A DNA stretch of 32,000 nt from Sinorhizobium meliloti (GCF_017876815.1 NZ_JAGIOS010000002.1:300001-332000); one strand, 5' to 3'. Positions 1 through 9,201 are shown, counted from the first letter of the stretch. Translations and numbers: made by a program. Notes: generated from the letters alone by a model not told the origin.

Positions 1-194
1 AGATCCCGGTAAACGCCCAGAAGATCTTCTTCAGCCTCTGGGGTACGGACACGCTCACCGACTGGATGGGCACCTTCTCCTACAAGGAGCCGACAAAGCT
101 CCAGGTCGATCGAGTCGCCTTCACGGCTGCCGGCGACGAATGCCAGTTCGCCGAGTCGGTCGCCTGCCAGCTGGAGCGGGCGCAATCCGAGTGA
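1..194 (+). CDS. exoK: 3' end of a GH16-type endo-beta-glucanase (succinoglycan depolymerase ExoK); the start lies off-window
   Basis: Frame 3 is open from the window edge to the TGA at 192-194. Translation: ..IPVNAQKIFFSLWGTDTLTDWMGTFSYKEPTKLQVDRVAFTAAGDECQFAESVACQLERAQSE*. The LWG...W.G..F pattern is typical of a GH16 C-terminus, and the position directly upstream of exoL matches the exo cluster order. It is absent from the ORF track because it has no in-window start. Confidence 0.55.
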   Translation, partial: IPVNAQKIFFSLWGTDTLTDWMGTFSYKEPTKLQVDRVAFTAAGDECQFAESVACQLERAQSE

Positions 195-289
195 ATGGCC
201 GGTAACTGAGTAATTTATCCATTTTGTTGCAGTGCACAAAGAATTGAACTAAGCTCAGCCCCGGGCTGGGCAGGAAAACGGACGTTTTC

Positions 290-1501
290 ATGCTGCAGAT
301 ACTCTATCTGGCACAGGATCTTGCCGATCCCGCAGTGCGCCGGAGAACCCTGACGCTCGTCGCGGGCGGCGCACGCGTGACGCTCGCCGGCTTCCGCCGC
401 GGCGACAATCCGCTGGCGGCCATCGACGGCGTCGAGCCGATCGAACTCGGAACCACCGCCGACGGCCGTTTCGCCCAGCGAATCGGTGCCGTCGCCCGCG
501 CGTGTCTGTCGCTGCAACGCCAGCTCGGCCATGTCCGCAAGCCCGATGTCATCATCGCCCGCAATCTGGAGATGCTTGCCGTGGCGAGGAGAGCGGTCGC
601 GTTCTTCGGCGGCACGGTTCCCATCGTCTACGAATGCCTCGATATCCACCGCCTCATGCTGCGCAAGGATATCGTCGGGCGGATGCTGCGCGCGGCCGAA
701 AGCCAACTCGGCAAGGATGCGCGCCTGTTGATCACCAGTTCCCCCGCTTTCATCGAGCACTATTTCCGGCCCCTTTCCGGCATCGGCGCTCCGCCGATGC
801 TTCTGGAAAACAAGGTGCTCGAAATCGACGGCACGGTCGAGCGGCGTACGGCCTCACCGGCCGAGAGCCCGCCGCCCGGCGCACCCTGGAAGATCGGTTG
901 GTTCGGAGCGCTTCGCTGCCGCAGATCGCTCGCCCTTCTCGCCGAATTCTCGCGCAAGATGGAGGGCCGCTTCGAGATCGTCCTGCGCGGCAGGCCCGCC
1001 TATTCCGAATTCGACGATTTCGACGGCTTCGTTCGCGACGAGCCCTTCATGCGGTTCGAAGGCGCCTATCGCAATCCTGAAGACCTGGCGGAAATATATG
1101 GCGAGGTCCACTTCACCTGGGCGATCGACTACTTCGAGGAGGGGCAGAATTCTGCCTGGCTGCTGCCGAACAGGCTTTACGAAGGCTGCCGCCACGGCCG
1201 AATCCCGATCGCCATGAAGGGGACGGAGACCGCTCGTTTCCTGTCCGTGCGGAGCATCGGCCTCGTTCTCGAGGGAGCCGACGTCGAGAGCCTCGCCACG
1301 GTTCTCGGTCCGCTGACGCCAAATTGCTATGCCGACGCCGCGGAGCGTATCAGCCGCTGCAATCCGGGATCCTGGGTGTTCGACCGGACGGATTGCGAAG
1401 CTCTGGTGCGGCAGCTGGCAACGCTCACGCTGCAGGCGCCGCAGACCGTTCCCGTAGTCGCGATGGCAGGTTCCAGCCACAAAGAAGGTGGATTTCTATG
1501 A
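290..1501 (+). CDS. exoL: Succinoglycan biosynthesis glycosyltransferase ExoL (403 aa)
   Basis: ATG at 290. The ORF is uninterrupted and ends in an ATGA overlap with the next gene. Position and size fit ExoL within the exoK-L-A-M-O-N-P order. I verified no independent catalytic motif. Confidence 0.8.
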   Translation: MLQILYLAQDLADPAVRRRTLTLVAGGARVTLAGFRRGDNPLAAIDGVEPIELGTTADGRFAQRIGAVARACLSLQRQLGHVRKPDVIIARNLEMLAVARRAVAFFGGTVPIVYECLDIHRLMLRKDIVGRMLRAAESQLGKDARLLITSSPAFIEHYFRPLSGIGAPPMLLENKVLEIDGTVERRTASPAESPPPGAPWKIGWFGALRCRRSLALLAEFSRKMEGRFEIVLRGRPAYSEFDDFDGFVRDEPFMRFEGAYRNPEDLAEIYGEVHFTWAIDYFEEGQNSAWLLPNRLYEGCRHGRIPIAMKGTETARFLSVRSIGLVLEGADVESLATVLGPLTPNCYADAAERISRCNPGSWVFDRTDCEALVRQLATLTLQAPQTVPVVAMAGSSHKEGGFL

Positions 1502-2490
1502 GCTCAGATGAATTGACGTCCACGTCGAGCCTTATCGTCATACCCTGTCTCAACGAGGCCTCGCATATCGAGGCGCTGATCGAAAAGCTGCGCCCGTCAC
1601 TCACACCGTTGAACGCGCGGGTCGTCATTGCCGACGGCGGCAGCACGGACGGAACACGGGAGATCGCCCGGCGCCTTGCCACTGAGGATCCACGGGTGCT
1701 CTTCCTCGACAATCCGAAGCGCATACAAAGCGCGGCGGTCAATCGTGCCGTCGCCGAACTCGGCGCCGGCAGCGACTACCTGATCCGCATCGACGCCCAC
1801 GGCACCTATCCGGACGATTATTGCGAGCGGCTTGTCGAGGATGCCTTGGCGACCGGCGCGGACTCGGTCGTGGTCGCCATGCAGACCGTCGGTTTCAGCA
1901 CCTTCCAGAAGGCAACGGCCTTCGCGCAGAACTCCAAGCTCGGCAATGGCGGTTCGAAGCACCGCACCGGTGCCGTCGGTCACTGGGCCGAGCACGGTCA
2001 CCATGCATTGATGCGCATCGAAGCCTTCAAGGCTGTCGGGGGCTATGACGAGAGCTTCAGCCACAACGAGGACGCCGAACTCGACTATCGCCTCGGAAAG
2101 GCCGGCTACCGGATCTGGATGACCGACAAGACGAGCATGGTCTACTATCCGCGTGCCAAGCTTGTCCCGCTGTTCTGGCAATATTTCGGCTACGGCCGGG
2201 GCCGGGCAAAGAACTTCCTCAAGCATCGCGCAATGCCGGGGCTCAGGCAGATGCTGCCGCTTGCGGTGGCACCCATCGCTTTCGGCGCGCTTCTCGCGAT
2301 CGTCAACTGGATGGCCGTGGTGCCAGTCGGGGTTTGGGCTGCCGCATGCCTCGGCTATGGCGTCTGGATGGCGCTCGGCCAGCGTAATCCTTATGGACCG
2401 CTCGCCGCCGTTGCAGCCATGGTCATGCACCTTGCCTGGTCCGCCGGGTTCTGGCGGGAACTCCTCGACTTCCGCCGCAGGGTGGCCTGA
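1498..2490 (+). CDS. exoA: GT2 glucosyltransferase ExoA (330 aa from the ATG at 1498)
   Basis: The track ORF starts at 1324, but its first 58 aa are Arg/Gly-rich and overlap exoL. The ATG at 1498 overlaps the exoL stop (ATGA) and gives MSSDELTSTSSLIVIPCLNEASH.... GT2 signatures are present (VIPCLNEA, ADGGSTDGT, RIDAHG), and the C-terminus has hydrophobic segments. Confidence 0.85.
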   Translation: MSSDELTSTSSLIVIPCLNEASHIEALIEKLRPSLTPLNARVVIADGGSTDGTREIARRLATEDPRVLFLDNPKRIQSAAVNRAVAELGAGSDYLIRIDAHGTYPDDYCERLVEDALATGADSVVVAMQTVGFSTFQKATAFAQNSKLGNGGSKHRTGAVGHWAEHGHHALMRIEAFKAVGGYDESFSHNEDAELDYRLGKAGYRIWMTDKTSMVYYPRAKLVPLFWQYFGYGRGRAKNFLKHRAMPGLRQMLPLAVAPIAFGALLAIVNWMAVVPVGVWAAACLGYGVWMALGQRNPYGPLAAVAAMVMHLAWSAGFWRELLDFRRRVA

Positions 2491-3419
2491 TGCCGAACGA
2501 AACTCTTCACATCGACATCGGCGTCTGCACCTACCGCCGGCCGGAGCTTGCCGAAACGCTTCGCTCGCTGGCTGCGATGAACGTGCCGGAGCGCGCCAGG
2601 TTGCGCGTGATCGTGGCCGACAACGACGCGGAACCGAGCGCCAGGGCTCTGGTCGAAGGACTTCGGCCGGAGATGCCGTTCGACATCCTCTACGTTCACT
2701 GCCCTCACTCGAATATCTCGATCGCCCGCAATTGCTGCCTCGACAACAGCACCGGCGACTTCCTCGCCTTCCTGGATGACGACGAGACCGTTTCCGGCGA
2801 CTGGTTGACCCGCCTTCTGGAAACGGCGCGCACCACGGGAGCCGCCGCCGTGCTCGGCCCGGTCAGGGCGCACTACGGGCCTACGGCCCCCGGCTGGATG
2901 CGCAGCGGCGATTTCCACTCGACGCTGCCGGTCTGGGTAAAGGGAGAGATCCGGACCGGATACACCTGCAATGCGCTGCTCAGGCGCGATGCGGCTTCGC
3001 TCCTTGGCCGGCGCTTCAAGCTTTCACTCGGCAAGAGCGGCGGCGAGGACACGGATTTCTTCACCGGGATGCACTGCGCCGGCGGAATGATCGCCTTTTC
3101 GCCGGAAGCCTGGGTGCATGAGCCGGTACCGGAAAACAGGGCCTCTCTTGCCTGGCTTGCGAAGCGTCGTTTCCGCTCCGGACAGACCCATGGACGCCTT
3201 CTCGCCGAGAAAGCCAATGGCTTGCGCCAGGCCTGGAATGTCTCCCTTGCCGGGGCAAAGTCCGGCTTTTGCGCAACCGCCGCGGTCCTCTGCTTTCCTT
3301 CGGCCGCAAGGCGGAACCGATTTGCGCTACGCGCCGTACTGCATGCCGGCGTCATCAGCGGCCTGCTGGGGCTTAAGGAAATCGAACAATATGGAGCCCG
3401 CGAGGTGACCTCGGCATGA
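2490..3419 (+). CDS. exoM: GT2 glucosyltransferase ExoM (309 aa)
   Basis: The ATG at 2490 shares one nt with the exoA TGA (TGATG). GT2 signatures: IGVCTYRRP, VADNDAEPS, FLDDDE. Confidence 0.85.
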   Translation: MPNETLHIDIGVCTYRRPELAETLRSLAAMNVPERARLRVIVADNDAEPSARALVEGLRPEMPFDILYVHCPHSNISIARNCCLDNSTGDFLAFLDDDETVSGDWLTRLLETARTTGAAAVLGPVRAHYGPTAPGWMRSGDFHSTLPVWVKGEIRTGYTCNALLRRDAASLLGRRFKLSLGKSGGEDTDFFTGMHCAGGMIAFSPEAWVHEPVPENRASLAWLAKRRFRSGQTHGRLLAEKANGLRQAWNVSLAGAKSGFCATAAVLCFPSAARRNRFALRAVLHAGVISGLLGLKEIEQYGAREVTSA

Positions 3420-4462
3420 ACCCTCCGGCGATCGACAGGGTCCCCGACGTCACATTCGTCGTGGCCGCCTATAATTCCGCGGATACGATCGTGCGCGCGA
3501 TCGAAAGCGCGCTGGCGCAGGAAGGCGTGACCGTCGAGGTCGTCGTCGTCGACGATTGCTCGGCAGATGCGACGCCCGCGCTCGCTGCGGCGATCCCGGA
3601 TCCCCGGGTCCGCCTGATCGCCCTTGATCGCAACCGCGGTCCGGGCGGCGCACGCAATGCCGGCATCGGGGCGGCGCGCGGCCGGTGGATCGCGGTTCTC
3701 GATTCGGACGATACAGTCCGGCCGGACCGGCTCAGGCGGATGATCGAGCGAGCGGACGCGGCCGGGGCGCAGATCGCCGTCGACAATCTCGACGTCGTCT
3801 CGCTGGACGGACGCAGTCTCAGGATGTTCTCCGAAGCCGAACTCGCCCGGCTGCCGCAGCTCACGCTTCCCACCTTCATCGAGTCCAACGTGCTCTTTCG
3901 ATCCGAGCACAATTTCGGCTACATGAAACCGATCTTCGAGCGCCGCTTCCTGGAAAACCAGCAGCTTCGCTTCGACGAGACGCTGCGCATCGGCGAGGAC
4001 TACATCCTGCTGGCATCGGCCCTTGCCTGTGGCGGGCGCTGCGCGGTCGAGCCGTCCGCCGGCTACATCTATCATATCCGCGAGGGTTCCATCTCGCGTG
4101 TGTTGAGGCTCGATCACATAGACGCGATGATCGCCGCCGACGAGGCGTTCCTGCGCCGCTACGCGCTCGACGGCCTTGCGCAGAAAATGCAGCACAGGCG
4201 CATGCGCGGCTTCCGCGAAGCTCGCTCGTTCCTGGTCCTCGTCGATCAGTTGAAAAAGAGATCGTTGGCCGGCGCGCTCAAGACCGCGCTGGCCGACCCG
4301 CTTGCGCTCCGGCATCTCAGCATGCCGATCGCTGCCCGATTGCGCCGCCTTGCCGCGCGTTTCGTGCATCCCTCCTCCCATTCGGCCCCCCGTGCCGCCC
4401 CCGTGACGGCGGCGGCTGAAAGATCCCCGCTGGGCAACGACCCCCACACAAGCAAAGGATGA
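3416..4462 (+). CDS. exoO: GT2 glucosyltransferase ExoO (348 aa)
   Basis: The ATG at 3416 overlaps the exoM stop (ATGA). GT2 signatures: [29 protein letters not shown]. The gene ends in tandem stops, TGA-TAA. Confidence 0.85.
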
Positions 4463-4466
4463 TAAA

Positions 4467-5372
4467 ATGGACCGTGTCAGGACCGTCAGAAAAGCAGTAA
4501 TCCCAGTTGCCGGAAACGGAACGAGGTTCCTTCCGGCGACGAAGGCAGTGCCCAAGGAGATGTTGACGATCGTCGACCGGCCAGTCGTTCAGTATGCCGT
4601 GGACGAGGCCCGCCAGGCCGGCATCGAGCATATCGTCTTCGTCACCAGCCGGAACAAGCAGGTGATCGAGGACCATTTCGACGACGCGCCGGAGCTCATC
4701 TCGTCACTTTCACGTTCCGGCAAAAGCGCGCAGATTTCCGAACTCGAGGCCATGTTGCCGGCAGCCGGCTCGGTCAGCTTTACCCGTCAGCAGGCCCCCC
4801 TCGGCCTCGGGCACGCGGTATGGTGTGCGCGTGACCTGATCGGCGACGAGCCCTTCGCGCTTCTGCTGCCGGACATGGTCTCCTTCGGCGCGCGCGGTTG
4901 CGTGGCCGGTCTCATGGACCTCTATCACGAGGTTGGCGGCAACGTCGTCGGCGTCGAGCAATGCGCCCCCGAGGAAGCATCGAAATACGGCATCGTCGGC
5001 AAGGGCGAGACGGTCCGGCACGGTTTCTCCGTGACCGAGATGGTCGAAAAGCCCGCCGCCGGAAAGGCGCCGTCCAACTACTATCTCAACGGCCGCTACA
5101 TCCTTCAGCCGGAAATCTTCTCGATTCTGGCCCATCAAACGCGCGGCGCCGGCAATGAGATACAGTTGACCGATGGCATGCTGACGCTTTCGCAATCCCA
5201 GTCCTTCCACGCGCATCCCTATGAGGGCCGCACCTTCGACTGCGGTTCGAAGCAGGGCTTCATCGAAGCCAATGTCGCCTTCGCCCTTGCTCGTGCGGAC
5301 ATCGGCGATATCGTTTTCGAATCCGTCCGCGACATGGTTCTGTCTCACGAAAGCCGCATCCGGGCGGCATAA
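4467..5372 (+). CDS. exoN: UTP-glucose-1-phosphate uridylyltransferase (GalU-type), ExoN (301 aa)
   Basis: N-terminal nucleotide-binding loop [23 protein letters not shown]. Size and position match exoN. Confidence 0.88.
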
Positions 5373-5380
5373 GCGGCGGC

Positions 5381-5408
5381 TTCCGGCAGTCCTGCGGGAC
5401 TGCCGGAA
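5381..5408 (+). promoter_or_regulatory. Perfect 12-bp stem / 4-nt loop hairpin between exoN and exoP
   Basis: TTCCGGCAGTCC-TGCG-GGACTGCCGGAA. It starts 8 nt after the exoN TAA and ends 18 nt before the exoP ATG. No U-tract follows. The exoP RBS GGAG (5417-5420) lies outside the stem. Confidence 0.5.
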
Positions 5409-5426
5409 CAAGGACCGGAGAAGAAG

Positions 5427-7787
5427 ATGAACAGAACGGCCCCCATGAAACAAAGAAGCGTTCCATTGAGCAGCATCATGCCCAGCGAAGAACAGTCAGA
5501 CGGCTTTATCGACCTTGACCGGCTTGTCGCCGCAGTCTTTCGTCGTGCCCGGCTTGTGGCCGCATTCGTCGTGCTCTTCATTGCGCTGGGGGCCGCTTAT
5601 CTCCTGTTTGCCACGCCCTATTACACGTCGATGACGCAGATCCTTCTCGACGAAAACCTGTCCAAATACGCCGAGGAAGAGCCTACCCCGGTAAACAGCC
5701 AGATGCTCGATACCCAGATTGCGAGCGCGGTCGAGATCCTGAAGTCCGGCGAACTCGCGCTGCGCGTCGTAGACAAGCTCAAGCTTTCGGAAAACGATAC
5801 CATCCTCAATCCGCCGCGCTCGCCGGTCGACATGGTCAAGGAATGGCTGAAGACGGCAACCGGGCTGTTTTCGGGCGGGCCGGATGTCACGGAGGAGGCT
5901 GCGCGCAACGGACGGCGGCAGAAGGCGGCCGCGATCATACAGCAATCGCTCGCGGTCGAGCGTGTCTCGCGCAGCTCGGTCGTGGCCGTTGCCTTTCGCT
6001 CGAGCGACCCCTTGCTCGCGGCGACCATCGCGCGCGGCTATGCAAGTGCCTATTTGACCGATCAGTTGAACGCCAATTTCGAGGCGACCGAGCGCGCATC
6101 CGTCTGGCTGCAGGAACGGCTTACGGACCTCCAGCAGCGCTCGCAGGCCGCCGCGCTCGAAGTCGCGCATTTCAGGGCCGAGAACGGTCTGACGGCTGCG
6201 CGGGGCGAGTTGATGTCCGAGCAGCAGATGGCCGACCTCAACAGCCAGCTCATCGTCGCCCAGGCCGATACGGCAAGTGCGTCGGCCCGTTACGACCAAT
6301 ACAAGTCGATCGTCGACCAGGGACCGGAGAACGCGGTCAAGAACGCCACCATTTCCTCCAAGGAGGGTGACAATTCGGTGATCCGTGACCTGAGGACGCG
6401 CTATCTCACCGTCGGCAAGCGCGAGCGGGAAGTCTCGGACAATTTCGGCGCCGACCACCCGCAGGCGGTATCGCTCCGCGCCGAGCAGGAGGATGTCGCG
6501 CGGCAGATCTACCAGGAACTGCAGCAACTCACCGCAAGCTACAAGAACGAATACGAGGTCGCTCAGTCGCGCGAGGAATCGCTCAGGAAGAGCATCCAAG
6601 GCATTGCCGGCAAGACCTCCGACGCCAGCGAGCAACTCGTGCAATTAAGGGAGCTCGAACAGAAGGCAGCGGCTCTGAAGACGCTCTACGAGTCCTATCT
6701 CGGGCGCTACGAACAGGCGACGCAGCAGCAATCCTTCCCGATCGCCAAGGCTCGCGTCATCTCCGAGGCCGGCGTGCCCGTGTCGCCGTCGAGCCCCAAG
6801 AAAACCATGACTCTCGCGCTCTCGGCCGTGCTCGGCATGATGGTCGGCGGCGCGTACGCGGCCTTCCTCGAATTCCGCGAACGGACTTTCCGCCTGGAGG
6901 GCGACATACGCTCGATCCTCGGCCATCGCTCGCTCGGCTACGTTCCGCTGCTCGGAACGCGCATGAAAAAGAAGGCACAACTGGTCCATGCGCATTTCGG
7001 TTCGGTGAAAAGACACGACGAAGCGGTGGACGATACGATGCCGTTCCAACGACTTTCACGTATCGTCGTCGACGCGCCGCGTTCGACCTTCGCGGAGACC
7101 TTCCGCAACGCCAAGCTTGCCTGCGACCAGATGCTGGCCGGCAGCGAAAGCCGCGTGATCGCCATTGCATCGGCCCTTCCGGACGAGGGAAAATCGATCA
7201 TTGCCGCGAACTTCGCCGCACTACTGGCGGCGAGCGGCAAGCGCACCCTGCTCATCGATGCCGATATACGCAAGCCGGGACTGACGCAGATGATCACGCC
7301 CGCCCCGCGCACCGGGCTCGTCGAAACGCTGACCGGAGAAGCCACCTGGCCCGCCGGAATCAAGGTGGACCAGCGCACCAAGCTCGCAATCCTTCCGGCC
7401 GGCGGCGCCTCGCATCAGCGGCATCAGAGCAACGAACTGCTCGCCTCGCCGGCCATGGCGAACCTTATCGAGAACGCCCGCAACGCCTTCGATTATGTCG
7501 TCGTCGATCTTGCCGCACTCGCCCCTGTCGTCGACGCGAAGGCCTTCGCGCCGCTGGCCGACGGCATTCTCTTCGTGGTCGAATGGGGAAGGACGCCTTC
7601 GCGGCTCGTACGCGATCTGCTCCACTCGGAACCGTTGATCAATTCGAAGGTGCTGGGCGTCATCCTCAACAAGACGGATATGAACGAACTCGGCAAATAC
7701 AGCGACTTCGACGGGGCGGAGAAATATCGCCATCGCTACGGCAAATATTACGTCGAGAATACGATCACGGAAAACACCGCCGCTTGA
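5427..7787 (+). CDS. exoP: Polysaccharide co-polymerase / BY-type tyrosine autokinase ExoP (786 aa)
   Basis: N-terminal TM segment and a long coiled-coil periplasmic region. The proline-rich PCP motif PVSPSSPKKTMTLALSAVLGMMVGG (6777-6851) precedes TM2. The cytoplasmic domain has Walker A ALPDEGKS (GKS codons 7188-7196), A' LLIDADIRKP, Walker B YVVVDLAA, and a Tyr-rich tail KYSDFDGAEKYRHRYGKYYVEN. Confidence 0.92.
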   Translation: MNRTAPMKQRSVPLSSIMPSEEQSDGFIDLDRLVAAVFRRARLVAAFVVLFIALGAAYLLFATPYYTSMTQILLDENLSKYAEEEPTPVNSQMLDTQIASAVEILKSGELALRVVDKLKLSENDTILNPPRSPVDMVKEWLKTATGLFSGGPDVTEEAARNGRRQKAAAIIQQSLAVERVSRSSVVAVAFRSSDPLLAATIARGYASAYLTDQLNANFEATERASVWLQERLTDLQQRSQAAALEVAHFRAENGLTAARGELMSEQQMADLNSQLIVAQADTASASARYDQYKSIVDQGPENAVKNATISSKEGDNSVIRDLRTRYLTVGKREREVSDNFGADHPQAVSLRAEQEDVARQIYQELQQLTASYKNEYEVAQSREESLRKSIQGIAGKTSDASEQLVQLRELEQKAAALKTLYESYLGRYEQATQQQSFPIAKARVISEAGVPVSPSSPKKTMTLALSAVLGMMVGGAYAAFLEFRERTFRLEGDIRSILGHRSLGYVPLLGTRMKKKAQLVHAHFGSVKRHDEAVDDTMPFQRLSRIVVDAPRSTFAETFRNAKLACDQMLAGSESRVIAIASALPDEGKSIIAANFAALLAASGKRTLLIDADIRKPGLTQMITPAPRTGLVETLTGEATWPAGIKVDQRTKLAILPAGGASHQRHQSNELLASPAMANLIENARNAFDYVVVDLAALAPVVDAKAFAPLADGILFVVEWGRTPSRLVRDLLHSEPLINSKVLGVILNKTDMNELGKYSDFDGAEKYRHRYGKYYVENTITENTAA

Positions 7788-7796
7788 GGCGACCGC

Positions 7797-7821
7797 GGCC
7801 GCGCCACTTGTGTGCGCGGCC
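7797..7821. terminator. GC-rich hairpin after exoP (terminator-like, between convergent ORFs)
   Basis: GGCCGCGC-CACTTGTGT-GCGCGGCC followed by TTTCGCC. An outer GGCGA/TCGCC pairing (7788-7792 / 7824-7828) can extend it. It begins 10 nt after the exoP stop. Confidence 0.45.
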
Positions 7822-7829
7822 TTTCGCCG

Positions 7830-8090
7830 TCAGACCCTGCGGCGATCGACGATCCAAGCGGCTGCCATTAACGCAATGACCGCCGTAAGGGCAATCAGTG
7901 CCAGCGCGTAGAAGAGCGAATATTCTACCAGCGACGGCAGGATCGAAAGAGCACGCCGCGCCCTGCTTGGCGACCGCCGCCAATCCGGCAGGTCGTCACG
8001 GTTGAAAGCCTCCAGCCGGCGGGTAAGAAAGTGCATATCGCGAAAACCGATTGCCAATCGAAGCCATGGAGCGGTCATGCTGCTGAACAA
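7830..8090 (-). CDS. Hypothetical small protein (86 aa) with one C-terminal TM segment
   Basis: The track ORF starts at TTG. The only structural cue is the hydrophobic stretch EYSLFYALALIALTAVIALMAAAWIV. I see no Shine-Dalgarno before the TTG or the internal ATGs. It lies downstream of thiD on the same strand. Confidence 0.3.
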   Translation of the reverse strand: MFSSMTAPWLRLAIGFRDMHFLTRRLEAFNRDDLPDWRRSPSRARRALSILPSLVEYSLFYALALIALTAVIALMAAAWIVDRRRV

Positions 8091-8138
8091 CCGTGGCGAT
8101 AGCGAGGCACTTCAGCGCCCCGAGCCGTCACTCGGCAG

Positions 8139-8939
8139 TCAATCCTTCCACCACCGGTGGAAGTGATGAACCGGACCGCGCCCCTGACCTATCTCCAGGC
8201 GGTCGGCTGCTGAGATTGCGGCATGCAGATACGCCTTGGCTGCGCTCACCGCTTCGATCAGCGGCACGCCTTTCGCAAGGCCGGCGGCAATGGCTGCCGA
8301 AAGCGTGCAGCCGGTGCCGTGGTCGTTGCGCGTCTCGATCCGCCCGGCGGGAAGGCGGACAAGAGTGTCGCCGTCGAAGAAGAGGTCTGTGGCCTCCTGG
8401 CCCTTCAGGTGCCCGCCCTTGACCAGAACCGCATGTGCGCCCGTCCGCATGATCGCTTCCGCCTGGCGCGCCATCTCCGCCTCGTCCCCGGCGATTGCGC
8501 GCCCGGTCATGAGCGCGGCCTCGGCAAGATTGGGCGTGACGACGAGCGCCAGCGGCAACAGTTCTTCGATGAGCGCGGCAACGGCATCCGGACGAAGCAG
8601 CGCATCGCCGGAGGTCGCCACCATGACGGGATCCACGACGGCCCGTTTCCCGAACCGGCGCAATCCATCGGCAATGGCGGCGATCGTTTCCCGACGCGAG
8701 ACCATGCCGATCTTGACGGCCTTCACGTCGAGGTCGGAGAAGACGGCGTCCATCTGCGCCGACACGATTTCAGCGGAAACATCCTCGACGGCCGTCACAC
8801 CCCTGGTGTTCTGGGCCGTGATCGCAGTGATGACGCTGGCGCCGTAAACGCCGAGCGCTGAAAACGTCTTGAGGTCCGCCTGAATACCGGCGCCGCCGCC
8901 CGAGTCCGAGCCGGCGATGCTGAGCGCAATCGCCGTCAT
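8139..8939 (-). CDS. thiD: Hydroxymethylpyrimidine / phosphomethylpyrimidine kinase ThiD (266 aa)
   Basis: N-terminus IAGSDSGGGAGIQADLKT and C-terminal GTGCTLSAAIAAGLA are hallmarks of ThiD (ribokinase fold). RBS GAAGGAGGA lies before the ATG at 8939, and a TPP riboswitch lies upstream. Confidence 0.92.
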   Translation of the reverse strand: MTAIALSIAGSDSGGGAGIQADLKTFSALGVYGASVITAITAQNTRGVTAVEDVSAEIVSAQMDAVFSDLDVKAVKIGMVSRRETIAAIADGLRRFGKRAVVDPVMVATSGDALLRPDAVAALIEELLPLALVVTPNLAEAALMTGRAIAGDEAEMARQAEAIMRTGAHAVLVKGGHLKGQEATDLFFDGDTLVRLPAGRIETRNDHGTGCTLSAAIAAGLAKGVPLIEAVSAAKAYLHAAISAADRLEIGQGRGPVHHFHRWWKD

Positions 8940-9059
8940 GCGCAGTCCTCCTTCGCACGAGCGCAGATGATGATTGCGAGTAGTACGGCAATGGACGTCA
9001 TCGATCGATCTCCAGACGAAACATCACGGAGATCCAGGAAAAGGCGATGAAAAGGCGAA

Positions 9060-9162
9060 CTTGCCGCTGGCGGCCATCTTTCCGTTCCTACGCCGGCATG
9101 ACCCGGATCAGGTTCAAGGGTCCGGCTCAACGCCATCTCAGCACCGTCTGGTGCTCCCCTCG
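9060..9162 (-). promoter_or_regulatory. TPP (THI-box) riboswitch aptamer in the thiD leader
   Basis: The minus-strand RNA reads AGGGGAGCACCAGACGGUGCUGAGAUGGCGUUGAGCCGGACCCUUGAACCUGAUCCGGGUCAUGCCGGCGUAGGAACGG. It contains the invariant CUGAGA, ACCC..GAACCUGAUC.GG.U.AU.CC.GCGUAGGaA blocks in the canonical order and spacing. Confidence 0.9.
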
Positions 9163-9170
9163 GAATGCGC

Positions 9171-9201
9171 TATCTATGCGGCTGTAGCAGAGCGATGTCA
9201 A
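9171..9201 (-). promoter_or_regulatory. Candidate sigma70-type promoter for the riboswitch-thiD transcript
   Basis: Minus-strand TTGACA (9196-9201) followed 17-19 nt later by CATAGATA (9171-9178), placed just 5' of the aptamer. The -35 is perfect and the -10 is poor. Confidence 0.3.

Noticed and set aside
1324-1497. Longer track starts for exoA (1324), peroxiredoxin (9276), sugar SBP (19273), second LacI (27791) and TRAP small permease (30461)
   Set aside because: The extensions are Arg-rich or non-homologous. They overlap upstream genes or operator sites and lack an RBS. The internal ATGs have good SD spacing and give canonical N-termini (signal peptide, HTH, GT2 start).
2873-4555. 560-aa ORF on the minus strand, antisense to exoM/exoO
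   Set aside because: Its composition is Arg/Ala/Gly/Pro-rich and low-complexity, with no recognisable motif. The opposite strand encodes two GT2 proteins with clear signatures. Long antisense ORFs are expected in high-GC DNA.
5496-6644. 382-aa minus-strand ORF inside exoP
   Set aside because: It is antisense to a gene with unmistakable PCP/BY-kinase motifs and has a Leu/Arg/Gly-rich artefactual composition.
8936-9136. 66-aa minus-strand ORF in the thiD leader
   Set aside because: It runs straight through the TPP riboswitch aptamer and into the thiD start region. The RNA element explains the conservation-type pattern better.
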